From assembly GCA_963806225.1 (NCBI GenBank), contig CAWDXG010000001.1, forward strand, positions 1,824,001 to 1,888,000: a DNA stretch of 64,000 bases, read 5' to 3'. Below, one piece after another: positions 19,908-28,427 of this stretch (its first letter is position 1; every line of letters begins with the position of its first letter). A model generated the notes under the pieces. That model had not been told where the DNA came from and ran no database searches. It saw only the letters and a list, made by a program, of their open reading frames with translations. The stretch is from an uncultured delta proteobacterium. GTDB lineage: Bacteria > Myxococcota_A > Polyangia > Polyangiales > Polyangiaceae. Made by a program: the position numbers and the translations under genes.

Positions 19908-20191
19908 CGACGTGGAACAATCCCATCATGGGTCGGCGCCGTGGACAAGCGCTGGTTCAAGGAAGCCGCTTGACGAGACACCGGGCGCGACGCAGCTTCC
20001 GCACATGTACGTCGAGGCGTTCGACGCGCTCGGGGCATTGTACGTATGTCGTTTCCGCCCGGGGCCGGAGGCCGACACGGACGTCGACTACGCCGCGCAC
20101 GTTGCCGCTGCGTCCGCAACACCTCATCCGGACTACGCGCGGTCGAAGTCCGGCCCGAACTTGTGCGGAAAACGGGAAGGTCTCCGATCGG

Positions 20192-21367
20192 TCAATACTG
20201 CGCGCAGGCCGATCGGATCGCGTCCCGCGTTGCGGCGAGGCCTGCGTCCGTCGCCGTGACGTCGTGCGGGGTCCCCGGCACGACCTGCAGCACGTGGTCC
20301 GAGGTGATCGCGTCGTAATAGAGGAGCACCGCCGCCGAGCACTCGTCCCCCCCGAGGAGGAGGCGCACCTTGGTCTGCGGGTACGACAGGTGGGAGTCCG
20401 GTGCCAGGACCCCGTCTCCGGCCAGGGCGGGCACGTCGGGGTCCTGCGGGTCGGTGCAGGGGTGCTGCGGCGCCCAGGCCGTGTCCACCACGCCGGCCGC
20501 GCCCTGCAGCGTGCAGTAGAGGGAGTCGGGGCACGTGAGGCCGTAGCGCGTGGCGAGGCTGCGGCAGTCGCCGTCGAGCCAGCTCGCCGGCGCCACGCTG
20601 GGGCAGACGACGTCCAGACGACTCATCGACGGTCCTCCCAACAGAATCGCACCCCCGAGTCGATCGGCGGCGTCCCACCGCGCCAGCCCGTAGGCGATTT
20701 CAATCGCGCCGCCCGAGGAGCCCAGCGCGCACAGGGGAACCGACGGCGGGTGCAGCGTCTGGTCGACCCAGCGGAGCAGCGTCGCGTAGCGGCAGGAGGA
20801 CGCCCGGACCCCGGCGCCGCCCTGGAACCACCCGGGGGCGTCCCACTTACGCTGGGCCACGACGAAACCGCCGCCTGCAAGCTCGGTGACGAGGCCGGCC
20901 CCCGGCGGGCTGCCCTCGAAAAAGCCCTGGCCACCGCCACCCGTTCCGAGGACGATGACCGCTTTGGCCGCCCCGGCGGGCGGGGTGGTGACGCGCACGT
21001 CGACGGCCAGGTCGGAGAGGCCGGGGCAGGCAATCGAGAGCCGGGTGCAGGTCGTCCCCGGGATCGACCCGGGGTCGCAGGGCCCCACGGTCCGGACCGT
21101 CCCCGGGGGCGGGGGTGCTGCGTCCGTGCCGGAGTCCGCCCGCGCGTCCCCCGCTCCGTCGCGCGACGAGCCGCCGTCGTCGGGTGCGCGCATGCGGCTC
21201 GGCTGCGAGCACCCGACGAGCAGCACGGCGAGCGTCAGCCACGCGGGCGCAGAACCTCCTCGGCGGCTGGGCCGCCTCACGGAGGGGCTCCTCCGCGTGG
21301 CCGCACCGGAAGCGGCGCAGCGACTGGGAGCGGAGGGCGAACTCTGCGCTGAAAGGATATCACGCAT
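20192..21367 (-). CDS. Lipoprotein alpha/beta-hydrolase-like protein
   Basis: Lipobox LVGC, GTGGGG, nucleophile elbow GSSGG, GGDE, C-terminal PHDV. Confidence 0.6.
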   Translation of the reverse strand: MRDILSAQSSPSAPSRCAASGAATRRSPSVRRPSRRGGSAPAWLTLAVLLVGCSQPSRMRAPDDGGSSRDGAGDARADSGTDAAPPPPGTVRTVGPCDPGSIPGTTCTRLSIACPGLSDLAVDVRVTTPPAGAAKAVIVLGTGGGGQGFFEGSPPGAGLVTELAGGGFVVAQRKWDAPGWFQGGAGVRASSCRYATLLRWVDQTLHPPSVPLCALGSSGGAIEIAYGLARWDAADRLGGAILLGGPSMSRLDVVCPSVAPASWLDGDCRSLATRYGLTCPDSLYCTLQGAAGVVDTAWAPQHPCTDPQDPDVPALAGDGVLAPDSHLSYPQTKVRLLLGGDECSAAVLLYYDAITSDHVLQVVPGTPHDVTATDAGLAATRDAIRSACAQY

Positions 21368-21384
21368 GTGCGCCCCGCCCGGTC

Positions 21385-22267
21385 TCAGAAGGACGTTCCG
21401 TAGGGCGGCGACGGCGCCTCTCGCAGTGGGTGTCACGCCGACGGCGAGCGTGGTCGAGCCCTCCTTGACGGTAGGTCGCTTCAGGTACAACCACGTTGCC
21501 GCGCCGAGCGCCACGGCACCGATCGCCAGGGAGATGTCTGCACCCCGGAACTTTCCCTGGGCGCCGTTCTGGCAGGAATTGAACGTGCCCGGTGGCGCGC
21601 TCTGGGCGCAATCGCTGCTGCCCCGCTGCAACAAGCCGAGGGTGCCGAAGGTCGCGAAGCTCGCCAGGGCCGCAGCACCCACGCCGCCCAGCACCCACGT
21701 CGCAACGGGCACCGGACGCTCCGGCCCGCCCGGGTTGCGCTGCGTGCCCTGGTCAACCGGCGGCGAGAACTCGCTGCGCTCGGGGGCGGGCGCCGACGGG
21801 AAGGTTACCAACGTCCGGGCGGTGGTTCCGTTGTCATCGAGCGAAACGTATCTCGTCTGATCCGCACTTCCGTCGGAGTGGAATATGAACTCGTGCTTGC
21901 CCGGGTCCAGCTCGACAGGACTGGACGGAAGCGGGACGGCCGGCTTGCCGTCGATCGAGACTCGTACCCCCGCCAGCGTGTGGCCGCGATCGTTGCGGGC
22001 CAAGAGACGCACCGAAGGTACATCTGCGTTCACCTCGTCGAGCCAGCGCTTGCACGCCTTCCGTACCACGCTGGGACAAGAGGTCAGGGCACACGTCGCG
22101 AAGCTCTGGCGCGCTTCGAGTAGCTTGCCGGCGCGTTGCAGTTTCTGGCCATCGACCGGCGCCGTGAGGCAGGGGTCGCTCTTCGAGCCCTGTGCAGACG
22201 CCCGAGTCGACATGCCTAGCAACGGCACGATCAGCCACAGGGCGCTGGCTCTCGATCTCACCGGCAT
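21385..22267 (-). CDS. PEGA-like domain secreted protein (1-bp indel near the 3' end)
   Basis: GKLLEARQSFATC, VSIDG, VELDPGKHEF; removing one C near 21403 gives the end AVAAYGTSF*. Confidence 0.7.
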
Positions 22268-22580
22268 ATCCTATCGAAATGTTCGATGCCCGACGAATCG
22301 ATACGCGTCTGGAGCCAGCACTTCGGCTCTCTGCGTGGCACGGCATGCCGGACGGTCCGGTGCGCGGGAGCCGGGGGTGTCGGGGCTGCGCCGGCGTCCC
22401 CGTTCGTCGTGGACGCGTTTTCGCTGGGCGGCGCGGCGCTCGCCGGGGTGTTGGACGAAGCCGGACCGGCCCCCAAGCCGGCGCCGTCGTGGCTGGTGCT
22501 CCTCGCAGCCGCCGTGACCGATCCTCTGGCAGGCGCTGCTGAAGCGGGAGCCGTCCCTCGTGGTGCGCCCGACCTGCGCT
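22258..22580 (-). pseudogene. C-terminal fragment of a kinase-type membrane protein
   Basis: Low-complexity linker ending CWLQTRIDSSGIEHFDRICR*, overlapping the PEGA gene start as in myxobacterial kinase-PEGA pairs (recalled); no kinase domain upstream. Confidence 0.4.
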
Positions 22581-22767
22581 AGATCGTCCTCGACCCGGAT
22601 CTGGAGGTCGGTCGCGCACCGGACCCGGAACCGCGGTCAATCGACACATAGCCCGTCGCAGGTGTTTCCGTTTGCGCAGGTGATGGCGCACGCGCAGTCG
22701 AGTTGCAGGCGCGCACTCTGCGTTGGTGGTGCAGTGAGCGCCGCACTTGTCATAGTCGTCCGGGCCG

Positions 22768-22986
22768 ATGGAGTTCCCGCCAGCGACGCCGCAGATGCCG
22801 TTGACGTTGACGGCCGCAGAGAGGAACATCGTTGGACTGCTGCTCCTGGGCAGCTCGAACACCGCCATCGCGTGCTCGCGACGCACCTCCGTCCACACGG
22901 TGGCCAACCAGACCGCCAGCATCTACAGGAAGCTCGACGTGACAAGCCGCTCCGAGCTGTACACGTCGGCGGCGCGCCAGGGGTAG
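22768..22986 (+). CDS. Stand-alone LuxR-type HTH (small protein or fragment)
   Basis: LTAAERNIVGLLLLGSSNTAIA..RRTSVHTVANQTASIYRKLDVTSRSEL. Confidence 0.75.
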   Translation: MEFPPATPQMPLTLTAAERNIVGLLLLGSSNTAIACSRRTSVHTVANQTASIYRKLDVTSRSELYTSAARQG

Positions 22987-23314
22987 CCGCAGCCGCTCCT
23001 GTCGACCCTACTCCGGTTCCACCGTACTCGCTGCACTACTGCGACCCCAAGGTCTCCCCGACCGAGCCGTGCGTGTCGTACGTCCAATCGATCGTGAACG
23101 GCGGCGGGATCGCGAGCATGGGCGGTTGCGAAAACGCGACATCGTTCACGATCCAGTAGGCCGCGCGCGGCTCGACGGCGTCGAGCCGTCGCTGCAGCCG
23201 GCGTGGCAGCGGCTCAGGCGTTGAGCGCATTCCTCGCCCCGGCCCGACCTGGTACACGAGTCGACGCGGCAGCCCGGCGCGCGTACTGTTCGTCGGCGCC
23301 GGATCCACCATTGG

Positions 23315-23938
23315 TTGTCGGCGCCGGGGCACACGAACGAGCCGAACTTGAAGCACACACCACAGCACACCCGACAGAGCCCGAGATGGACGGGATGGGG
23401 CGCGCTCCTGGGCATGCTCGGACTGGGATTCGGTGTGGCGGCGATTGCTGCGACCGCCGCCTGGCAGACAGGATGGTTCCCTGGGTCTCGCAGGCCCCCC
23501 GAGACGAAGACACCGTCGTCGGAAGTGCGTCCGGCGCCCGCTGCGTCGCTGCCGCCGGCTGCTGCGGGCGCGGAATCCGCGGTGCCGCCGCCGCATCCAG
23601 CACAGGCATCACCGCGCGCGGAGCCCGAAACCACGTTGCGTGCGATGATCGCGGGGTCGCATCGCTGGTCCGTGAGTACGGCGCGGACGGGTCGCAGCGC
23701 GGCGTCTCCCATTTCGTGCGCGACAGACGGCGGCAAGTTCACGTGTAGCGACTACTGCGGGACCAACGCCGGCAAGATCTCGATATCTGCAGACGACTCG
23801 AAGCTGACGCAGGTGTTCGTGATGTTCTGCAAACGTCCGACGCACAAGGTGCTGGACTACGATGTCGAGTCGTTCAGTCACACGCGCTTCCGGCTGCAGG
23901 GTCCGAAGGACTGGCAGGAGTGGGTGCTGGACGACTGA
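23315..23938 (+). CDS. Hypothetical membrane-anchored protein (possibly a 3' fragment)
   Basis: TM segment, Pro-rich linker, Cys-containing C-terminal domain. Confidence 0.5.
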   Translation: MSAPGHTNEPNLKHTPQHTRQSPRWTGWGALLGMLGLGFGVAAIAATAAWQTGWFPGSRRPPETKTPSSEVRPAPAASLPPAAAGAESAVPPPHPAQASPRAEPETTLRAMIAGSHRWSVSTARTGRSAASPISCATDGGKFTCSDYCGTNAGKISISADDSKLTQVFVMFCKRPTHKVLDYDVESFSHTRFRLQGPKDWQEWVLDD

Positions 23939-24093
23939 CGCGACCTGGGTGCCCTGGCCCGGCGAATAGTCTTCGATCCTGCGCATGCCCCGGATGTTCT
24001 CACTCTCCCGGCAACGACGCGAACGCCCAGAGCTCGTTGACGCGCGACAAGCAAGGCGAGTGCAACGGAGGCGGCAGTGCTAGATCGGAGACC

Positions 24094-24777
24094 GTGAGCC
24101 CATTGCCGTACACTCGACGCCTGCTGCTCCTGCTCGCCGCGCCGTTCTTCGTCGGCGCGTGCGCCGGGGCCTGGGGGCGGCTGAATGCGATTCCGGATTG
24201 TCCGGGTGGCACGGAGATGGCCGAGACGCAGCACCGGGAGGGAGTCGGCTGCTATCGCAATGGGGCGCCGGACGGGCCGTTCGTGTTCTTCGACGACGAC
24301 GGACACGTCACGGCCAGGATGACGTTCAAGAGCGGCAAGATGGAGGGGCGCGTCACGTTCTACTACCCGGATGGGCACGTGAAGTTCGTGACCAACATGC
24401 ACCAAGGAAAGATGGAAGGCCGGCTTGTGGTGTACCGCGACGACGGCAGCATCCGGAAGATCGCCACGCACCGCCACGGTGTGCTCGACGGTCCCTACGA
24501 GGAGCGCCGCGCGGACGGCTCGCCGGTGGTGCGCGGGCAGTTCGCCGGCGGGCTCAAGCAGGGCAAGTGGAGCTCCTGGAGCGCGCGCGGCGTCAAGCCA
24601 CGGACGCTCGAGTTCGATCACGGACGCGCCGTGATTCCGCTGCTGGAGATCCACCGCCTGCCCGAGGACGCGGGAGCGCCGAGCGTGTCGGACGCCGGGG
24701 CTCCGGTCGACGATGGTGGCAGCGTGTCCGAGGCCGGCGCCGATGCAGCGCAAGACATTGGCGACGCGGCGCCGTGA
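24094..24777 (+). CDS. MORN-variant repeat (YwqK-like) exported protein
   Basis: Repeats FKSGKMEG..YYPDG, HQGKMEG..YRDDG, HGVLDG, FAGGLKQG. Confidence 0.8.
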   Translation: MSPLPYTRRLLLLLAAPFFVGACAGAWGRLNAIPDCPGGTEMAETQHREGVGCYRNGAPDGPFVFFDDDGHVTARMTFKSGKMEGRVTFYYPDGHVKFVTNMHQGKMEGRLVVYRDDGSIRKIATHRHGVLDGPYEERRADGSPVVRGQFAGGLKQGKWSSWSARGVKPRTLEFDHGRAVIPLLEIHRLPEDAGAPSVSDAGAPVDDGGSVSEAGADAAQDIGDAAP

Positions 24778-26135
24778 CCGTCCGGTCGCACCGTCGCGTC
24801 GTAGCGCTCGCGTTCGTCGCTGTGGGTTGTGCGGTTGTTCACCGCGCGCCCGGGCGCCGTGCCGCGCCACCGCCCGCTAGACCGATCGCCACGGCTTCGG
24901 CTCCCGCTTCACAGCCGAGGGCGTCGGCCGCGCCTGCGGCGCCGCCGCCGCAGATCGATCCGGACGGCAACGATGAGACGAAGAGCGCTGCGATCGCGCT
25001 GCCGGCACACGGACACTTCGAGAAGGTCGGGCGGCACTGGGCGGCACTCTCGCGCGTGTGCGACTTCGCCGTGGTGGGCGATGCGCTGGTCATGGCGCAT
25101 GCGACCAGACCGCTCGGATTCGGCGGCGCGACGCTGACGCGCTACGCGCCGGACGCGAAGCCGCCGTTCTCGCTCGTGTTCGACTGGAACCGCGAGCACG
25201 AGCCGCAGAAGGGCGGCGGAGGAGGGCAGGGCTTCCTGCGCATCCGGCAGATCGACGGGCGGCTGTACGTTCCGGATGCGGATCCGCCGTATCTCGGGCT
25301 CGGGCTCGCCGCCGGCGTAGAGGGCTACGTGTTCGAAAGCGATGCGACTGGCAGGTTTGCTCGCCCGCGTTCGCCGCACCACCTGCCGCCCGCCGCGCCC
25401 ACGGACAAAAACGCCGGCGCGATCGTGCTGCCCGGCGCGATCCACGACTTCGACGTGATCCGCTACCGCGGAAAGCTCTACGCCTCGACCAGCGCGGCGA
25501 TCCCGCCCAAGGCGACGGCCAGCTCGTCGCCGGGCACGCTGTTCACGCCGGGCGACAAGCCCGGTCGCTGGCGCGTCGCGTACACGTATGCGGGCGCGCC
25601 GGGGGAAGCGTCGGTGCGCCTCGGCTACATGACGCGTTTCCGCGATCGGCTGTACGTCGCCATCAGCCCGCTCTACGACATCGACCGCCACGACTTCGTG
25701 GTGTTCAAGCTGCCGCGCGATGCCAAAGCGATCTCGGCGGACTACGCCACGCCGGTGCAGGTGACCAAGTCCGGGGGCGCGCACACGCTCTGCTGGTACG
25801 CCGACCGCGGCAGCCTGTACTGGATCACGATCGGCTCCGACGGCGGGCAGATCCGCGTCACGAAGGACGGTGACGCATTCAACGTGCTCCCGCTGCCGCC
25901 GGATGCGGGCAGCCCAAGCGACGTGCTGCGCGTGGGCGAGCACCTGCTCGTGCTGGCGGAGCATGGCCTCTACGAGCTGTCGGACGGAGCCTTCCGCCTG
26001 ATCGCGCCCGCGCCCCCGAAGTCGATCTTCAAGGTCGACGACGCCTACTGCGCGCCGCCCATGGTCGTGTTCAAAGGCACGCTCTACGCCGGCGGCCAGC
26101 ACCGCGGTGCGTTGTGGCGGCTTTCGGCGGACTGA
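24774..26135 (+). CDS. Secreted beta-propeller-like lipoprotein
   Basis: GTGA overlap with the upstream gene, lipobox AVGC, repeated xxGxLY blades (IDGRLY, YRGKLY, FRDRLY, FKGTLY). Confidence 0.7.
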   Translation: MTVRSHRRVVALAFVAVGCAVVHRAPGRRAAPPPARPIATASAPASQPRASAAPAAPPPQIDPDGNDETKSAAIALPAHGHFEKVGRHWAALSRVCDFAVVGDALVMAHATRPLGFGGATLTRYAPDAKPPFSLVFDWNREHEPQKGGGGGQGFLRIRQIDGRLYVPDADPPYLGLGLAAGVEGYVFESDATGRFARPRSPHHLPPAAPTDKNAGAIVLPGAIHDFDVIRYRGKLYASTSAAIPPKATASSSPGTLFTPGDKPGRWRVAYTYAGAPGEASVRLGYMTRFRDRLYVAISPLYDIDRHDFVVFKLPRDAKAISADYATPVQVTKSGGAHTLCWYADRGSLYWITIGSDGGQIRVTKDGDAFNVLPLPPDAGSPSDVLRVGEHLLVLAEHGLYELSDGAFRLIAPAPPKSIFKVDDAYCAPPMVVFKGTLYAGGQHRGALWRLSAD

Positions 26136-26327
26136 GCGCAGCCTGATCTGCACGCCGCTCCCGTGCGCCTGCACCATCAAGCTGGCGATGCGGTCGAAAC
26201 GCTACCGCGTGCCGTCGGCTGGAGCCGTCGACCAGCCTCCCCATCATGATCCGGCGCTCTAGCCCCGGGAATCGCGGAGATCAACGCGGGCAGCAGCGCG
26301 CGGACGCCCGGCGTAGACTCGGGCTGG

Positions 26328-26966
26328 ATGTCGCTTGCTCGTCCGGTCGGATCGCTGCTCTGCGCGTTGACATTTGTCGCGTGCGGCGCGCGCACGGGTC
26401 TTGTCGCCGGCACGACGGGCGTGGACGCCGGCGGTGGCGGAGCGCCGTTCGTGGATTCTGGCGCGGGCGCGGGGCCCGTCGACGCGAGCGACGCTTCGCT
26501 CGATGCGAGCGACGCTTCGCTCGACGCGAGCGACGCTTCCAACGACGCGAGCGACGCCACCGCCGAGGCGAGCGATGCAGCCCTCGAGGGCGATCTCTGC
26601 GCGAGCGAGCCCTGTTTGTGCGCGCCCGAGCTGCTGCCGGGCCCGGGCGTGTCGGGCAGCACGTGCACAGCCGTCAATCCGCCCGGCTCGTCGTGCAGCG
26701 CAGTACCGACGGTGTTTTTCCGCTTCACCGTGCCGCCAGCGACCGAGATTCCGCTCTTGCTGTCCGGCCATCTGGCGTGGGGCGTTCTGTGCGCCTGCCC
26801 CGAATCGCCCGGTGCCGGCTGCTGCGTCGGACCTGGCGGCACGACAGGCAACGGTCTGGTCAGCACGGTCCTCGCGAACAAGGGCTCCACTCCGCTTCAC
26901 GGCGCGCTCGAGATCCAGCGCGCCGACGGCCCCTGCGGCGCGTACTCGCTGATGCTCGGCCCGTGA
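26328..26966 (+). CDS. Cys-rich lipoprotein with DASDASL repeats
   Basis: Lipobox FVAC-GARTGL; 21-bp repeats at about 26478-26585. Confidence 0.7.
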   Translation: MSLARPVGSLLCALTFVACGARTGLVAGTTGVDAGGGGAPFVDSGAGAGPVDASDASLDASDASLDASDASNDASDATAEASDAALEGDLCASEPCLCAPELLPGPGVSGSTCTAVNPPGSSCSAVPTVFFRFTVPPATEIPLLLSGHLAWGVLCACPESPGAGCCVGPGGTTGNGLVSTVLANKGSTPLHGALEIQRADGPCGAYSLMLGP

Positions 26967-27067
26967 GCGATGAACATGCCGGCGGCAGGCGCGACGAGAG
27001 ACTTTTCCGTGGGAATGGCGTATAGGATAGGGTTTGCGATGATGCCCGCAGCGAAGGGGAGAGCCCG

Positions 27068-28230
27068 ATGAATCGACGGTTCACATTGGGAGTTGGAGTC
27101 GTTGTAGCGCTCGCGATCGGGGGGTGCGGCGGCAGCAGCAAGGCCACGTTCGGCAGCGGGGGAACGGCGGGTGTCGATGGAGGCCTGGGGGGCACGGGCG
27201 GTACGGGCGCCATGGGCGGAAGCGGCGCAACGGCCAGCACCGGCGGCACGGCAGGCAGCGGCGGCACGGCAGGCAGCGGCGGCACGGCAGGCAGCGGCGG
27301 CACGGCAGGCAGCGGCGGCACGGCAGGCAGCGGCGGCACGGCAGGCAGCGCGGCACGGCAGGCAGCGCAGGCACGGCAGGCAGCGGCGGCACGGCAGGCA
27401 GCGCAGGCAGCGGCGGCACGGCAGGCAGCGCAGGCAGCGGCGGCACGGCAGGCAGCGCAGGCAGCGCAGGTGCCGATGCAGGAGTCGGAGGAGCTGCAGG
27501 CAGCGGCGGCGCGGATGCCGGAACTGCAGGCAGCGGCGGCACCGACGCCAGCGTTGGAGGCAGTGGCGGGACCGGAGGTGTCGACGCTGGAGGCGCGGGC
27601 AGTGGCGGAACAGCGGGCAGTGGCGGAACCGACGCCGGAACAACCGCTCTCTGCCAGTCGTACTGCGGCAAGCGCGCGAAAGAGGCGACTATCCACAGCT
27701 GCGCCACCTACAACGTGGCGCGCTGCAACGCCGCGTGCGTCATCACGACCAAGTACTGGCCGTGGTGCGGGCCCGATCTCGATACCGCGTACACCTGTCT
27801 GCTTGCGCTGCCCAACTCCAGCTTCAACTGCTCGGGCAACAACAACAGCGTAGAGCCGACTGGCTGCACCACCGAGCGGGACGCGGCCAATAGCTGCTTG
27901 CTCGACGGTCCGGGAACCGGGTTGCCGGATGCGACGACCACCTGCAACGGATACTGCGCGACGACCTCCGGCTTGAGCTGCGCGCAGACGAATTGCCAGA
28001 CGCAGTGCGAATCGCGGGCGACGAACGGCTTCGACGGCAGCGGACACTGCGAGAGCGCATGGGACGCCTACACCTCGTGTGTCGGCCAGGCCCCGAGCTC
28101 GGACTTCAGCTGCAGCAACGGCAACATGCAGGTCTCATCCAGCTCGGAATGCGCGACGCCGGCCTTGGTGGACATTGCCTGTGTCAACCAGTACTGCCAG
28201 GCGCATCCGACGGCATCGGGTTGCCCCTAG
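27068..28230 (+). CDS. Gly-rich-linker, Cys-rich lipoprotein (frameshift at ~27350 in the repeat tract)
   Basis: Lipobox IGGC; GGTAGS repeats switch frame; two Cys-rich domains (CQSYC, CNGYC). Confidence 0.75.
27241..27470. repeat. 18/27-bp tandem repeats (GGTAGS / GGTAGSAGS)
   Basis: cggcggcacggcaggcag repeated six times, then variants. Confidence 0.9.
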
Positions 28231-28293
28231 CATTTCCTTGTCGCGGATGATGAACCGCGGCCCGGTGGCGAACGGCGTGGCGTTGCGGAGCTG

Positions 28294-28427
28294 AAGCGCG
28301 GAGTCGTCGGTTCAAGTCCGACCTTCGGCACTACGCCTGGCGCCCCGCCGGCGCAGGACGAGCACGGCGGGCAGGCCCAGCAGGGCAAGCCAGCCGCTAC
28401 CGGCCGGTGTGCGGGGGACGCTGCAGC
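28294..28427 (+). repeat. attR-like direct repeat (copy 2; 3' half of tRNA-Met plus 3' end of the convergent gene)
   Basis: Matches 12348-12480. Confidence 0.93.

Larger units (their letters stand above)
12348..28427. mobile_element. ~16 kb degenerate genomic island integrated in tRNA-Met
   Basis: Flanking direct repeats start in the anticodon loop; cargo is fragmented and mosaic; no integrase seen. Confidence 0.85.

Noticed and set aside
20192..22267. Apparent PEGA-hydrolase fusion (691 aa)
   Set aside because: Removing one base near 21403 restores a ..YGTSF* end, and the downstream part has its own lipobox.
12481..28293. Integron cassette array or prophage
   Set aside because: No intI, no repeated attC sites, mixed gene orientation and no phage structural genes.
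28294..28330. Second tRNA gene
   Set aside because: Only the 3' half is present; it is the att duplicate.
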